Source of the DNA: Balanoglossus misakiensis
Taxonomy: Eukaryota; Animalia; Hemichordata
Reading direction: 5' to 3'
Length of the DNA: 64,000 bases
NCBI GenBank assembly: GCA_040954595.2
Contig: CM082581.2
Coordinates: 3,154,699 to 3,218,698, forward strand
The notes under the pieces were generated by a model. That model worked only from the letters and a program-made list of their open reading frames with translations. It was not told where the DNA came from and ran no database searches. Shown here piece by piece: positions 11,976 to 26,600 of the stretch; within the stretch, counting starts at the first letter, position 1; the number at the start of each line of letters is the position of its first letter. A program made the position numbers and the translations under genes.

Positions 11976-14900
11976 TGAACAGGAAGTCTATGTCAGATAA
12001 CCCGTCTGGAAAGTATCTCTAACCGTTTGAAACTAAGAAAACAGTTTATTTTTATTTATTTTGTAAAAATAACAATTTTTAGCAAAAATGGCAATTTCAT
12101 AGAAAATATAGGCTTTCTTCATTTTCATCACAGACATTCTAGAATATCAAAATGCAGGCATTCTTAAGGGGTGACAAGGGCAGGCATTATACACACTCAC
12201 ATGCATGCTGGCATCTGTGTTGACAGGCGGATTGACTTTTCTTGGACCAGTACACCAAAATTTTACGTGGTGGCTTGCCGGGAATGCACGTCGCATCCGT
12301 TTGGCAGTTGGACAGGCAAATGCCCACGGGAGATGAGTTGACGAGCGTACTACATATGCGCGGTGACTTTATTACATCTAGGGGTCCAGTTTAGGCGTCA
12401 CCACTACACGAAACGTGTCAGGTTGACGTCTTGGAAGGTTTGTGGCGTTATTTTTCTTGTTTGTACAACCAAATAGTACCAGGTCATGTTTTTCACGAGT
12501 TAGTGAGAACAAGACTTAGGTCGTATTATCCACGATTATGGTTGTTTTTGTACAGTTATCTACAACATCGACAAACAGCAAGAAATGACACATTGATTTT
12601 TTTTATTATTATTATTATCATCATCATTTCTTAAGCTCCCTATGGGCACAGCGGTTTGGTCCAGTTGTTTATGATTTGTAAATGACACTACGATTATTTC
12701 CCGCCATTTAAGGGATACACGACAAGACTATGAAATAGGTCTCTTCCTTGATGACGTGGGTTGCAAAGCTTTTGAAAATTTTGCATTCACTGCATAGTTG
12801 TAAAATACTGACAAAGGGGTGATAAAAACTGACAAGTCTCGAATCTTGAATCGCTTAGTAAAGCTCGTGGTCGGACATTGCCGGTCGTGCGCGTTGGACG
12901 CAAGAACCATGAAATCAGCTGGGCGACACAGTACACAAAAACATTGTCGTTTTGCCGAATTTCTCTTGACTGGGTCCAACAAATGTTTTATACATAATGT
13001 CCGCTGGTTATGACTCGAAAACTTTGATGATTAATACCATTTTTGTTTAATATTTTATCCATTTACCAGAAGCAACAAGTTTAACATTCATTCATTTCTT
13101 TTCATTTTATGACAATCATAAATACATAAATACTAAAGTCACGCATTATTTACTATAACTGGTGAATACTCAATGAAATAGGGGGAAATCTCATACAAGA
13201 TTCATCGCGAGATGTAATGCCCGAATCACCAAATTAAACATTAACCATTTTGAATACGACTTTTTTCCACGTGGATAAATGCATTTATTATGACAAAGCA
13301 TGTGTATAAGTTCCATGCATAATATAAGATTACAAGTTTTTGCTGACGTATCAAGAATGCGTTAACTGTTATCCTCGTGAACACATTTCTCGATAACACA
13401 TCAGTTTAAGGATGAGATGCAGTTTTGTTTTTTATGGTGATTTTCACTTTTTTTCAGTATTTCAAACCATTAGAATTTGTATTATTTTTTATTAGAACAG
13501 TTTTACCAGGTCACACTCGTATACACGCGTGTAAATTTATCAAAAGTAACATATTTTTAGAATTGTGTGTACAGTTATAAACATTTCGGATTAACTGTCA
13601 CCAGATTAGCGTTGAAGTTTGTCAACCAATTCACAGGAGCCCAGATATGCAAATCTGGCTTTTCGAAAGTTAGGCTAGTAACATGAAGTTTGACAGGCGT
13701 GCTTTGTCTAGAGACTTCTAGCATAATGGTCAACTATGGCTTCCATCAGGGTTCGATCATCCTGCTCTATGGCACAGACTTATTGACAGGACATATGGTA
13801 ATGAAATACCCGCAAATGTACAATTACTAATTACATGTTATGGTATGAGTGTGAAAATAAGATTAAAATGGGTTTTCAGAAGTGTATACTTAACGGGCTT
13901 AGTGTCGTTTGGAGAAGTTATCAGTGGCAGGGATTAACAGTCCCGTGTTTTGCTGTATAAACAAACCAACCTCATTATTGTACTCTGTCAGTAATGGTGT
14001 GATTTTTTTCCCGATTCCCCCCCCCCCCCAATTTATGAACTTGAAAAATGTTTTACATGAAAATGACTTGGTGTAAAGTCTCAAGTATTATGCTACTTCA
14101 TCAAAACTTAACAAAATAGTGAGTAAGTAGTATTTATGATCGTTTTTTCCAACTGAAAGTGCCGTTCACACAAATTGTCGATTTTCTCTGTTCAGTTTTT
14201 GGCTCTGGTGTGCAAATTCAAAAGAGTGTAACGCGAGCACAGTTTTATCTGATTTTGGCCCGAGGAAGGGAACAATACCTGTCTCCAAAAACTTAAATCG
14301 GATAATACCAATAAAGTTGATAGAACGAAAGAAATCACCACACAAGTGAACAAAAGTCGATAATGTATGCAAACATCGACAGTTGACAATTTAAAGTCTC
14401 ATTGCTCGAAAACAAAAGTGAATACAAAAATTCCATGGTAATTTATTTTCTTCACTATACACAACTGTCGATTGTCGGTAACAGATCACCTGGAGGCATT
14501 GTCTTTTTTTATTTACACTCCTTTGAGTAAGAAAATTAAAAACGAGCATTTCTAGCAAAACGAAAAATTGTGGAAAAATAAACCATATTTTCATAAACTT
14601 CAAGTATAGAGCTAACAGAAAATATATGTGTTGGTGGGAAACATGAAATATAATCAAATAATAACACATGATAGCGAGGGCAATATCACGATTTGAAGCC
14701 TGCACGAGGGATGGTGCTCTCTGACCATAATATTGATAATGCCCGAGCCGCAGGCTTGGGGATACTGCGCTGTTGGTTGCGATTTTGGTGTATTTACTGT
14801 CCGTTTGCAGTAAAATATTGTCCAGTTGAACAGGTGTTAAGCCTATGTGTCGCTTTGAAGCCATAGATGCGAGAGTTGACTGATCGTGGAGGAAGCCATT

Positions 14901-15559
14901 GAACGACAGTTTGCTACGCGCAGAAGTCGCGCGCACAACACCAAAACACCCCAGGGGCAATATCAGCGCACGCAACAGGGCTTTATCAACTCTAGCCAAG
15001 TTATATCACTTTTTTTCTAAATCACGTGAGCGCGTCTCGGCCAATCAAGAATACGGTATAATACGTGAGGTGTAATAAAGAGAAATAATCGATTAAAAAC
15101 AAGTGTTTATATCCTAGCTAAAATTCATAAAATTAAAACACCAACTGATTTACCTCTGGGACGTCCTATATGCAGTCAGTCAAGTCGGAGCACCAACACG
15201 AGCGGCATCTCTCTGGATTGACTGGAAACTTGCACCGCTATTATTATTATTATTAATCTTTATTTCAGACACAAACGTCCATAGATATTAGTTACAAAAA
15301 CCGGCAAAAAACACTAGAAAACTGATAAATAAAATACGTTTTAAAAAAACACTCATAAGAATCAATGTAATATGTCCATCCAGTGGGCATGTAGACCATA
15401 AAAGCGCATATCACATGACACAAGGCGATTGATCAAGACATTGGGACTAGCACATGGGACGAACAGAAAAATTAAAAGCGAATTTTCTTCTCATAACGGA
15501 GAAGCAGTTTACGGCGTTTAAAACAAATCTTTTAGGGGCACTTTCGAGAAATACTGCAC

Positions 15560-15860
15560 AGAACTAGTTAAGGATACTCCAGTTTGAGAAAATCAACATA
15601 AAGGCACCGCTGCAATTCAAGCATATTCTACCTCTTGATGTAGTATCACTCTACCCTGATATCGACATAGATGAAGGAATAATTGCGATGGAAGAAGCCT
15701 TACGATCACACAAGGACACAAACCCAAGAGATATCGGTAAAATAACACAATTAGCCCGTTTTCTTTTAGAAAATAATGTCTTCCAATTAAATGGTCAGTA
15801 TTTCTAACAAATCTCCGGGACTGCCATGGGCATACCATTTGCAGTATCATATATGCAAAT
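15560..15860 (+). mobile_element. Penelope-like reverse transcriptase fragment
   Basis: Reads LDVVSLYPDIDIDEGI...LARFLLENNVFQLNGQYF*QISGTAMGIPFAVSY, which are typical PLE RT motifs, with an in-frame stop. Confidence 0.8.
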
Positions 15861-15929
15861 ACATGTATGTATATTAGTTGGTGGATGCGGAAGTTTTATT
15901 TTACAATTCCAAACCACCCAGACGTCACG

Positions 15930-16650
15930 CTATTCAAAAGTTTATAATAATTTAGCATCTCCAAATGGTGTTGAACCTTTTGAAAATAAACTGTCTGATA
16001 TTCTTGCAAATCTACCAGAGATGTATATCATTATCACAAGTGATTTTAATGCTCGTACAGGTGAAGAACCTGATTATAAAATGGACCCCAGTACTGAATA
16101 TGTCATCGATTCTACATTTAACTATGAAAGCGATTCCTTTAATTCGTCACGTGTCGAAAGAAAATATGTAAATTTGTATGGACGTTCTCACTTGTCTCGC
16201 TTGTCACTGTGCTCAGCTGTACTTATAATTTACATTTTCTGAATGGCAGAGTTGGTGTTAATGCAAATAAGGGAGAATTTACATATTGTACTGCGAACAC
16301 AGGTGCAAGTGTTGTTGATTACACATTGGTATCTTCAGACCTTTTCACAAGTGTTAAAACCTTTTCCTTAGAACTGCGCAGCGAATCTGACGATTTTCCC
16401 ATGGCATTTGCTTTAACTTCTGGTCAATTAACGACTGAAGATGCTGTCAGCACTGATCACACGTGTAACCAAGTTTTACATAAATGTACATGGCTTCCTA
16501 GAAAAGATTCTGACTTTTCTGAATTTGTTCAGCTATATTTAGCAAATAATGGCATCGAAGATTATATCCTTGTTCCTGAATTTGATGTAATGTCGTTCAT
16601 TGGAAAACTTGGCAGTGCCTTTATGTACGGTGCTGAACACTGTAATATGG
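15930..16650 (+). mobile_element. LINE APE-type endonuclease fragment
   Basis: IIITSDFNARTG, VNLYGR, LNGRV...GEFTY....GASVVDY; frameshifted. Confidence 0.8.
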
Positions 16651-17676
16651 TAAATAGTAATGTAATTAACTTGTGTTATCATTTGTTTGTGGTCTCCCAT
16701 AAAGTAATATAATAACAGTTTAGTCAAATAATAGTTCAGTCCAGTTGCCCCCGTAAATAATTGTACAGCCCTACGATGAATGTAATATGAGACTTCACAT
16801 GCGCCTAACAGTGACTTCGAACAAACAGTGAATCCTTGGTGACCCAATCGATGTTTTGTGAAACCAAGCGGCGTACACCTAGATGCAACGCAGGACTATA
16901 CTTTATGCCCAGTTGCACAATGCTTTCTTCCCAAACGACGCAGAAATCGTTGATGAAGTGCGCACGGACCCACAAATCTTCTCTTCGCGCGAAAAATAAA
17001 AATTACAGACCAGAAATAAAAGATGCAACTAAAAGATGCAAATTAAAGATGCAACACTTCAACCTGTACATCGTATAACTTGTCAGGTTTATATTGTCAA
17101 TCCCCCTACGTCCGTCACTTTTGAAGAATGCGTGCCAGTATGTCTTACATGGCAATGTACAACCATAGACAGTAGAGGGGGGAACGTCTTCCCCCCCCCC
17201 CCTCTCCTGTTTATGGTACAACTAACACTAGCACCCTTTATTGATATTTACATAAAATTCCGTGATCAGTTAGTCAATGGTCACATTAAATCTTTGCAAT
17301 GTGCAATACTGTTTTTTTAACTTAGTTTCCGAAGAATTTTAATTATTCCAGCATGCACGCAAGTAAACTTTTTGTTGAGTCCTTCGGTAGGTGACATGTG
17401 TACATGCACAAAGACTTTCTAACTGTTATCTCATGGAAAGTTTAGTGGTTGGGGCTTTTGAAGCAGCAACGTTACGGTTGGTTGGTCTAAACAACCCCAG
17501 AAGGTAACTGCTAACACATAAATAAATGAATACGGCGTAGCGTCTCCATTGAGTCCATGATCTCTCTCTCTCTCTCTCTCTCTGCAGTGGTTACAATTCT
17601 TTGCAAACACGCATTATTTGTCAAGTAGATAGTTCATATATAAAATAATCGCAGATTAGCCGCACAACTCGCAACC

Positions 17677-20600
17677 ATGATTTGTCTGAAAAGCTGTAAA
17701 ATATTACACGATTGTCGTGAAATACCTTTGACATTAACTATCGTCGGTACATTCGTGATGTTGTCAATGACATTACTGCAGCAAGCAGGTAAGGCGCTAG
17801 TTATAGGTTTTTGCACGTTCAGAAAGTTTGAAGTTCCTCAAAACACTGATAGGAGCTCATAATTCTTATCATTGTTTCATGTATGATTATATAAGAATAA
17901 CGATTTGATATCCAGATTGCGTCACCCGACACGGCGGGACGTATCACGCTGGGGCTTACACGTTTTGTCGGCGATTGGGTCTTCGCCTTGTTAAAGATGA
18001 CAGCGAAAGAAAACACACAGCTATAGTAAACACTTTAATCGAACGAGGCCTCGCAGACAGGCCGTTCTGGATAGATGGACAGTTAATTGACGGAGGAAGC
18101 TTAGCCACAAAAGACGGGGACATTTTGACCTACAAGCCAGAGTTTGGAAAGAAAACGGGAAAGTGCCTCCAACTGATGTGAGTTTAGCGTTTTGAAAATA
18201 TATTAAACTATGGAAAATAATGTTTGTTGTAGTCATTTTAATATAGGTTCACTTAAATCAATCTCTGGGAATCATGTGCAGAGGTACGCGATCCTTTAAA
18301 TAAATAAGTGGGGACAGTATTGATTTTTAGTCTTCAGAAGAACATTTTTGGCAAATGCACACCCATACGTCAAGTGTATGGAAAATTTCCATCTGCAACT
18401 CTGAGATATGTCCGGTTTCGTCTAATCATTACCTTTGAACACCAAACCTTTTCTGTAAATTGCCTCATTTGTCTATTTTTCTAAGAATTTAGATCAAGTT
18501 TACCTAATTCTCAATTATCTCCGGGTCTTAATCAAATTAAGGGGACATTTAGAAACGTTTCCAAATAGTTTGACAGAAGTAAGGTTGAGTGGCGTTAATG
18601 GGTGAAACTTAAATATGCATTCCTAACTTTTTAATTCACAGAAATAATAAATGGAAATATTCATCGTGTACGTACATCCGTAGCCCTTTATGTGAAAATG
18701 CAAGTAAGTTATAGTTTAACGGTACCCATTTATGTGAAAATGCATGTAAGTTATAGTTTAACGGTACCCATTTATGTGAGAATGCAAGTAAGTTATAGTT
18801 TAACGGTACCCATTTATGTGAAAATGCAAGTAAGTTATAGTTTAACGGTACCCATTTATGTGAAAGTGCAAGTAAGTTATAGTTTAATGGTACCCATTTA
18901 TGTGAAAATGCAAGTAAGTTATAGTTTAACGGTACCCATTTATGTGAAAATGCAAGAAAGTTGTAGTTTAATGAAAGATCTGTGCAACTTAGTTCAAGGT
19001 GTTCCTGGCGAGTGGTCTAATCTATACTGTTTTTTATCCTATAACATCTTGACTTTTTACTCACGGGAGTAATGCCTTTTTAGCCCACGTGTTCACACAC
19101 GTGAGCTAATGTCGCTGCCTTTTCTGTGTGTGTGTGTGTGTGTTTGTCTGTTTGTCTGTCTGCAGGCATGCACGATACAGTCAAGGTGGCTGCATACGGA
19201 CAGTGACTTAGTAATATCACTAGCAATATAGCTGAACGGATGCAGTGAAACTTTCCAGCTTTAAGATCAGCGAATCTGATATTGTCCCTTATCATATGCT
19301 CATGCTGACATCATCTCCTCCTAGTGAATATCACCAAGTTTAGTGTGAAATATCACCGGTGATATTTCACTCTAAACGTCATCATTTCTTGCGCTGATAC
19401 CCGGAACTATATTCATGAAAATGATGACCTTAATGTAAACAAACATAACCCGATACAGGGCCCGGTTTCATGAGATTTTATATACCGGTAGTCAACATCA
19501 ACAGTCATGGGGTTCTGATGGCCATGGACATGTGCTATAAATAAAAGATTTATCTTGTGTGATTGATTTGGAAAAAAAACGATCCTTAGTTACACCTGTA
19601 AAAAAATACCACCGCCTCGCTCAGACAGCAGGAAGAGATGTCAAACACCCTCGCTTCATCTTCATCCGAACACGTCGAAAATCGGGCAATTTCACGTGTG
19701 AAATATTGTTCGATCAGTTCAAGTACGTGTCAGATGGAAGCGGCGACAACGGGTGGTATATTGAGCGACGCAGTGTTATATGGCGGCTCGTTCAATATCT
19801 ATGTTTCCAATGCGACGTCGACGGGATCATCCTCCATGACGACACAGCCCCCGCCACCGTACAAACGACGCCGTCATGCAGTCAGATATGACTCTCCGTG
19901 CTCATCAGAAAATTCGCAAAAAATGAGCAGACTTTGAGACTCTTGAACTTTGAAATGAAAGGCTTTATTGGCAATTTAACTGATTTCATACCGATTTTGA
20001 ATCTCATCGCGATGTTCATGACGTTCACCCCACGTCGCATCACACTCGTCTTCGACTCGTGTGATGCGGCTCACAACCCACACTCGGCCAAATATGGCCC
20101 AACAAGAGGTGATATGGGGCGATAACCTCATAATGTACTACAGTTCCTAATATTGTGTTATGCTTAATCATGGTGGCTCAATGTCGCATCATATCACTCA
20201 CATATGTAGGAACGGTTTTATGCGCTTTCGTAGATTGAAAAGATCCGTCAATTATTGGACAAACCCTCTACAGAAACAATGGTTCACGCATGTATCACCA
20301 CCCATAGCAGCTAGATTATTGCAATAGTCTTTTATTTGGTCTCACTAAGACTCAACTTGTTCGTCTCCAATCACTCCAAAATGCTGCAGCTCGCCTCAAG
20401 TTTAAAACCATGATATTTGTTTACAAAATCATTCATGATCTTGCACCACTTTATTTGATTCTACACCCCTATATACCAGAGAACCCAGATCAATGTGTAC
20501 AAGGTGTATGGCCAAAGCTTTCAGAGTTTGTGCACTGCCTCTGTGGAACTCGTTGCCGCCTGCCATTCGCAATGCTGGATCTATGGACTATTTTAAAAGG

Positions 20601-23600
20601 GGTTTAAAGACCCACCTTTTTATTCATCACTATCTTAATTGGAGTTATACTCACCGTCTCTGGGGAATTCTTTGTTTATTGTTCCCTCTTGATTCTACTT
20701 TATCTCATGGTTTGATTAGCATCTTTAGTTATTACATTCTATGTAAAATGCACTGAGACGTATGAGTAGCAATGGCTTCATCGAGAATCGGGTCAGAACG
20801 GTGAAAGATCTATTCACGAAAGCCCGCGAGACAGGCACAGACCCGCATGTAGCTATGCTATGTCTACGCACAACGCCCATTGATCACAACTTACCGTCAC
20901 CCTGCGAGGTGTTAAATTAACGCATATATTATAAGTCAAACCTACCGGGCAGGATGCCACACAATGCGAGTCGCCATAGTGATGCATTGCAACGCTGTCA
21001 AGACCCGTCAGTGAAGCGTTTTGAGAGCAACCTTCCCTGTCCCAGTTGAAGGCACACCAATCCATCCGTGTGCAAACACCCCATGAACAAGACATGGGAA
21101 CCGGGCAAGATCATTACGGCACCACCGAACCGCGATCTTATACAGTTGAGACCTTGCGTGGTGTGAACAGGCGTAATAGACGCCACATCAGGCCCAACAC
21201 AGAGATCTTCCGTGAAGAAGACCTACGTACGCGTCGTCATGACAACGACTTCACCATAGATGTACCGGGACCGCTGTCGCAGCACTCGCACTACGTCGTT
21301 CTCATGAGGTCAACTTGTGACATTTTAGTTTTGGGCACAGGGATTTCTTCAGGAATATGATAGAAACTGAAAAACGTTGTTGTCGGTCAGCCTTTTTCTT
21401 CTTCTTCTGCCTTTCTCTTACCGGTGCGATTTTATTCTTTATGTTGCCGAATAAACCCAGGCTACCCTGCTCGCACGACGCGCCCTCTTTTGGCGAACTC
21501 TTCCTACCGCCTGCCAGATCTCCAGCCTGACCTCCTTATTGAAAAACAGGGTTTACCGTTTTACCTGACCGGCAATCAACAAGTGTATGATAGGGACAGT
21601 GTAGCAAGGAATGTTTTGGAGCTATGATCAACTAATTTTTAATGCACAGCGTCTTAAAGTTTCATTTTACTTTGGATATGAGTCTGTTCACAGTAGTATT
21701 TTTTCTTTAAGTGGTCATAATGTATAGGTTTATTTTCTGAATACGTGGATAATAATCGGTTTGGGGTTTTCGTTGTTGTTTTCCTAAAAAGCGGACGACG
21801 AGTAAAGGTTAATAAAATGCGTCAAATCAAAATAGACTTTTTTTCGTTTTTGAATTTTTACGGGAAAGAAATGGCGTTGTTTTCTATTCTGCAGCATCTT
21901 TCGACTTAACTACCACATTGAATGGTATGGTGGCTACACACCAGCTATGTGAGAAGCTTGGGATGCGTCTTCTTGCTGGCAGCACTTGGAGAAACAAAAT
22001 GTACTGTGAGTACTATGATTGTCCTAGATGGGAGACTGCAATGTGGATTGACGCCACCATCACGGCAGATGGCACTGTGAAGACGGGCAGAGGTTTGATA
22101 TTGGAACACACGCATTTTGCTCCCAACCAGAAGCTTGACGCCGGATCGTGTATTTACGTACAGTGAGTCGATGTCTGTTCAAGCTATTTTCCACAGGGCT
22201 ACACAGTAGATATAATTTGTCATTGCTAACATGACGTTAACTGTCGTGGATTTTGGAACTTCGAGATTACAAAGTAGAAATGATGGCATTTGAATGATTT
22301 GCATATGTGTTGCTGCTAAAAAAAACATTATCATTGCACTATTTTGGTATTTTGTCAAGTTTTGGTTATTTTCTTTATCTGCTATACCGTCTGAATTGCA
22401 AAGCACAATTTGACCATAATAATTTACAGCTAACACTGACAGCTAACTATCTGACTTAAATATCCAACGATTTTGGAAAACTAAGCCAGGGTATGGCTGT
22501 ACCGGTTAATAAATTTATCAATAATGCAAACTTCGCAGGCTGGTCATAAGTCCATTCTGTAGAGATCATTATAGACACCGCATAGTGATCGTTATAGATA
22601 CCGTATGATTATCATTAAAGACACTGTGCAGTAATCATTTTTTTAACTTTGATAAGCGTTGAACAATGAATCTTTATACAGGTGTCACTCATGTGAATGG
22701 TTCACTGAAGACTGTAATAAACCACTGGGTTTACTTTGCGAGGATAACGGTAAGTATTTCGAGACCGCAGCGATAAATCTCGTTTCCTACACATTTGACC
22801 ACCTGTGTAGTAATGAGGTGTGTATACATTCAACATATGCCATTATACATGGAACGTAGACAAATGCATACGCATGGTAACTACCGCGTGGAAGAAAGTC
22901 ACATTGGAAATGTCAAAATGAATAATGCACCATTGCTTAACAATTGTTGCTTTCGGAAAATGGATAATTGAAACAAACGTTGTATTAATCACCAACGTGT
23001 TCGTGTCGTAACCAAATGAGATAATGCACATGTAAAACTTCTGTCTTATTTGAAATTCGGTGTATTGTCTTGCAAACATACATTTCCCTTGAGTGCACAT
23101 TTGATATTCATATATGTTAAACGCTTTGCCATAATGCCTTATCTGTACCAATGGATAATGCTAAAGTGCTTAACCCAGCTGAAGGGGCTCCGAAGTACAT
23201 CTTGATATGGTCACATTTCATTCGCTCGAACTTGTGAAGTTCGAGAGTATTAAAGTAGGCACATAATAGTTAATGCATGAATTTACTGTCTCTTATGACT
23301 GCCGAAATAAGACGAAAAGGGAAAAGAAATGATTAAACATGTTGGTTCAGGAAATGCATGAATTAAACAAAGGTTGTTGACAATGGGGTTCACGTCACAA
23401 CCTGGGTAGATTATGTTTAAGTACATGTGTTGGATTTCATAGAAATTTGGCACTGACTTGCCAACTTGTCTTCTGAAGGAATGTGTTCTATATTCAGTGT
23501 TATTTTAATCATTAGTGCTTCCCAATTTATGAAATTTTGCCACCTCTCACATTATCTGCATTTTACCTTTGCAACACTCAGATGATGACTTACTTCTGCT

Positions 23601-26600
23601 GCGGGAGAGGTTGGTCAAGATAAGTGCCGATGATTTCAGAACAGCTGATGTGGTAAGGGACCGTTCAGTTTTTACGGCCGGGGGGCCCGGCAAAATCCAG
23701 GGGGTCACTTAAATTTTGAAGTCCAAAAGGGGGGGGGTCATCTGGGTTTTTAAACGTTTAGGGGGGTCACATACTTTTGCCACCGAACTTTTGCTTTTAA
23801 GTCCACTAAATTGCAGTTTCGCGCCCTTTATTTTACAAAATGTTCTAATGTGGGAGGGGGACACCCACCCCTCCATTCTTCGCCACATTGCATTTATTCG
23901 CTGGTTTGCCTAGTGTACCAGAGCAGACTTCTTGCCACCCCACTCCCGATGCTTACTTTGAGTGGAGTGGCAAAATTAAAATTTGTCCTCCCTAACATTG
24001 AGTTAATTTGCTTTTGAGTTCATTAAATTGCAACTTTGAGCACCATATTTTACAAAATTTTCTTATGTGGGAGGGGGACACCCCCTCCCACACCCACCCC
24101 GCCCCCTCCACTTTTCTTGTTTTACCGATTCTAGCAACTATTGTATTGACTTGTCATTTTAATTTGTTCATACATTTCTTTATTGCAACGATATACTATT
24201 ATATACTTCAATTACTTTAAGAAATTTACAATTGAGGTGTGAGGAGCCTCATTCCCTTTATTGCATACAGTGTACATAGGATCAGGACGGCGAATGTTTT
24301 CGGCGTGGGGGGGGGCATCATATTTTTGGGTCTGTCAAAGGGGGGTCATCATTTTTTGGTCCTGGGTGAAGGGGGGTTCGGCCTGATTTTGAAAACCGAT
24401 GACACAAACTTGCCCCCCCCCCCCCGGCCGCAAAAACTGAACGGTCCCTAAGAAAGGTGCCAATCATTTGAGACTGCTGTAATGCACTATATTATATTCA
24501 TAGACCCGTTACCAGAGTGTGACGTCATACTTTAGTAATATGAAATCGACAGATTTCATATTACCATAGTACGACGTCACTGCCAATAATTCTGCCGGAA
24601 CTACTTTCAGTTTGTAAACAAATGGAAATACTTTCCTACGATGTTATATTTAAGCAATAAAACACCCCCAGCTTTTCATCATTCAACCAAGCAAAAGCAG
24701 AAGAAATAAAAACTCTCATCATGCAGTCACCTACCAAATCATGTTGCCTTGATCCACTTCCAACTTCGATACTAAAGAAATGCCTAGATACACTACTTCA
24801 GTACATAACTGCGACAATAAACCTCTCTCTTCAATCTGGACAAGTACCCACAGCATTCAAGTCTGCCGTTGTCACCCCGTTACTCAAGAAGGCTTCTCTG
24901 GACATTAACATCCTTAAGAACTACCGTCCAGTCTCAAATCTACCATTCCTCTCTAAAGTCCTGGAAAAAGTTATAGCCACTCAACTCACCACTTATCTCA
25001 CCGCTAACTCACTATTGGAACCACTACAATCTGCATACAGACAATACCACAGTACTGAAACCGCTCTCCTGAAAGTTCATGACGACATTTGCATGTCTCT
25101 CGACTCCGGAAAGTGTGTCATACTTGTCCTTTTGGATCTTTCAGCTGCATTTGACACCATTGACCACAGCTTACTGTTAAACCGGCTCTCGGACCTTGGC
25201 ATTACAGATGTCGCCCTCAAATGGTTCGAATCGTATCTCATGGACAGACATCAGTCAGTAATTATTGGAAATGTCACCAGTAAACCCCGTCTTCTTCCCG
25301 TCAGTCCTCGGACCACTTTTGTTCACCATATACATCTCTCCACTAGGGAAACTTATTCGTCAACATGGCCTGGAATTTCACCAATATGCAGATGACAACC
25401 AATTATACCTGTCCTTCTCCCAAAATGATTCATCAACCGCTGTCAGTTCCATCGAGGCCGGTATCTGTGACATCAAGCACTGGATGACGGAAAACATGTT
25501 GCAACTCAACGACTCCAAAACAGAAGTGGTACACAACGGCTGGGGGTGTTTTATTGCTATTATATTATACCAGTATATTGAGACTTTGCATAAAACATTT
25601 TAAAAAGGCATTTTCTTTGACTATGAGTTTTGCGTGATATATGACTGTGGTATGTGACGAATATATCACAGTCACGTGTCGTGTCTCGACCAATAAAATA
25701 GCGTGATTTACACCATCAATATACTGGTATAATATAATGCGTAATACTATAGTGGGTGGGCTTTAATGTTAGCGACAGAGCGGCACATAGCTTTGTCGTC
25801 GAACGACATTAGCAGAACATTGTAAAATTGACCACAAACGCAGTGAAACAACTTAGGAAATTTCTAGAGGAGACAGAAGATGTTTTAGCGACAGGTCTAC
25901 ATGATATTCTGTCGAAATTGTTCATCGCATCGAGGCAGAGCGCGCGCCGGGTCTGACTACGAGCCGGACACATACTCCCTCACAATATACCAGGGTAGGA
26001 TCGACAGCACGCTCTGTTGCCTTACCACGCTCGGTCATCCACACCAACTCACGTCTGTCGATCGCAGCGTCTCCCTTTCAGCCTAAATCATCGGAGGGGG
26101 TATCGTAGCGGCTGCAGCTGCGGGAATTTTTTCTGGGGCCACCATGACCGGGTGTACGATCAACGTAGCCATCAATGTTGCTGGAACCGCGAGTCAGCCA
26201 GCGCCGCGACCGTGTAAACGTCGAGCCGTAATCTACGATACAAGCGATAGTTCACAGGATTGAGATGTTGACTGTTTGATTTCGTGACTGTTGAATTTGT
26301 TGTGAAACAATACATTTTAAAACTAGTTGACAAATACTAGTTCGACTTGCACGGATGTGCCGTCTCACTATGGTCTGACACAAAATTTATGAATGAGTTG
26401 AATCAGCTGGGCTGAGCCTCTTCACTATTTTTTCTCTATATCCATGCGCAGCTTGAAATAATTAAAACCCTTCCGAAACCATTAAAATCAATTTTATTGC
26501 AAATTATATTATATTATAGCTTTGTCAATACCAGTGAATTGTGTTACGTCATAGCTGTACATTATTACTGATAATGTATCGTGTTATTACACGGACGCGC

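Noticed and set aside
14391-14999. 202-aa minus-strand ORF
   Set aside because: No recognisable motif; low-complexity composition in repeat-like DNA.
18692-19072. Repeat-protein ORF ([14 protein letters not shown])n; its GEWSNLYC end as the missing CTLD1 exon
   Set aside because: It is a 42-bp minisatellite that happens to lack stops, and no phase-compatible splice sites were found.
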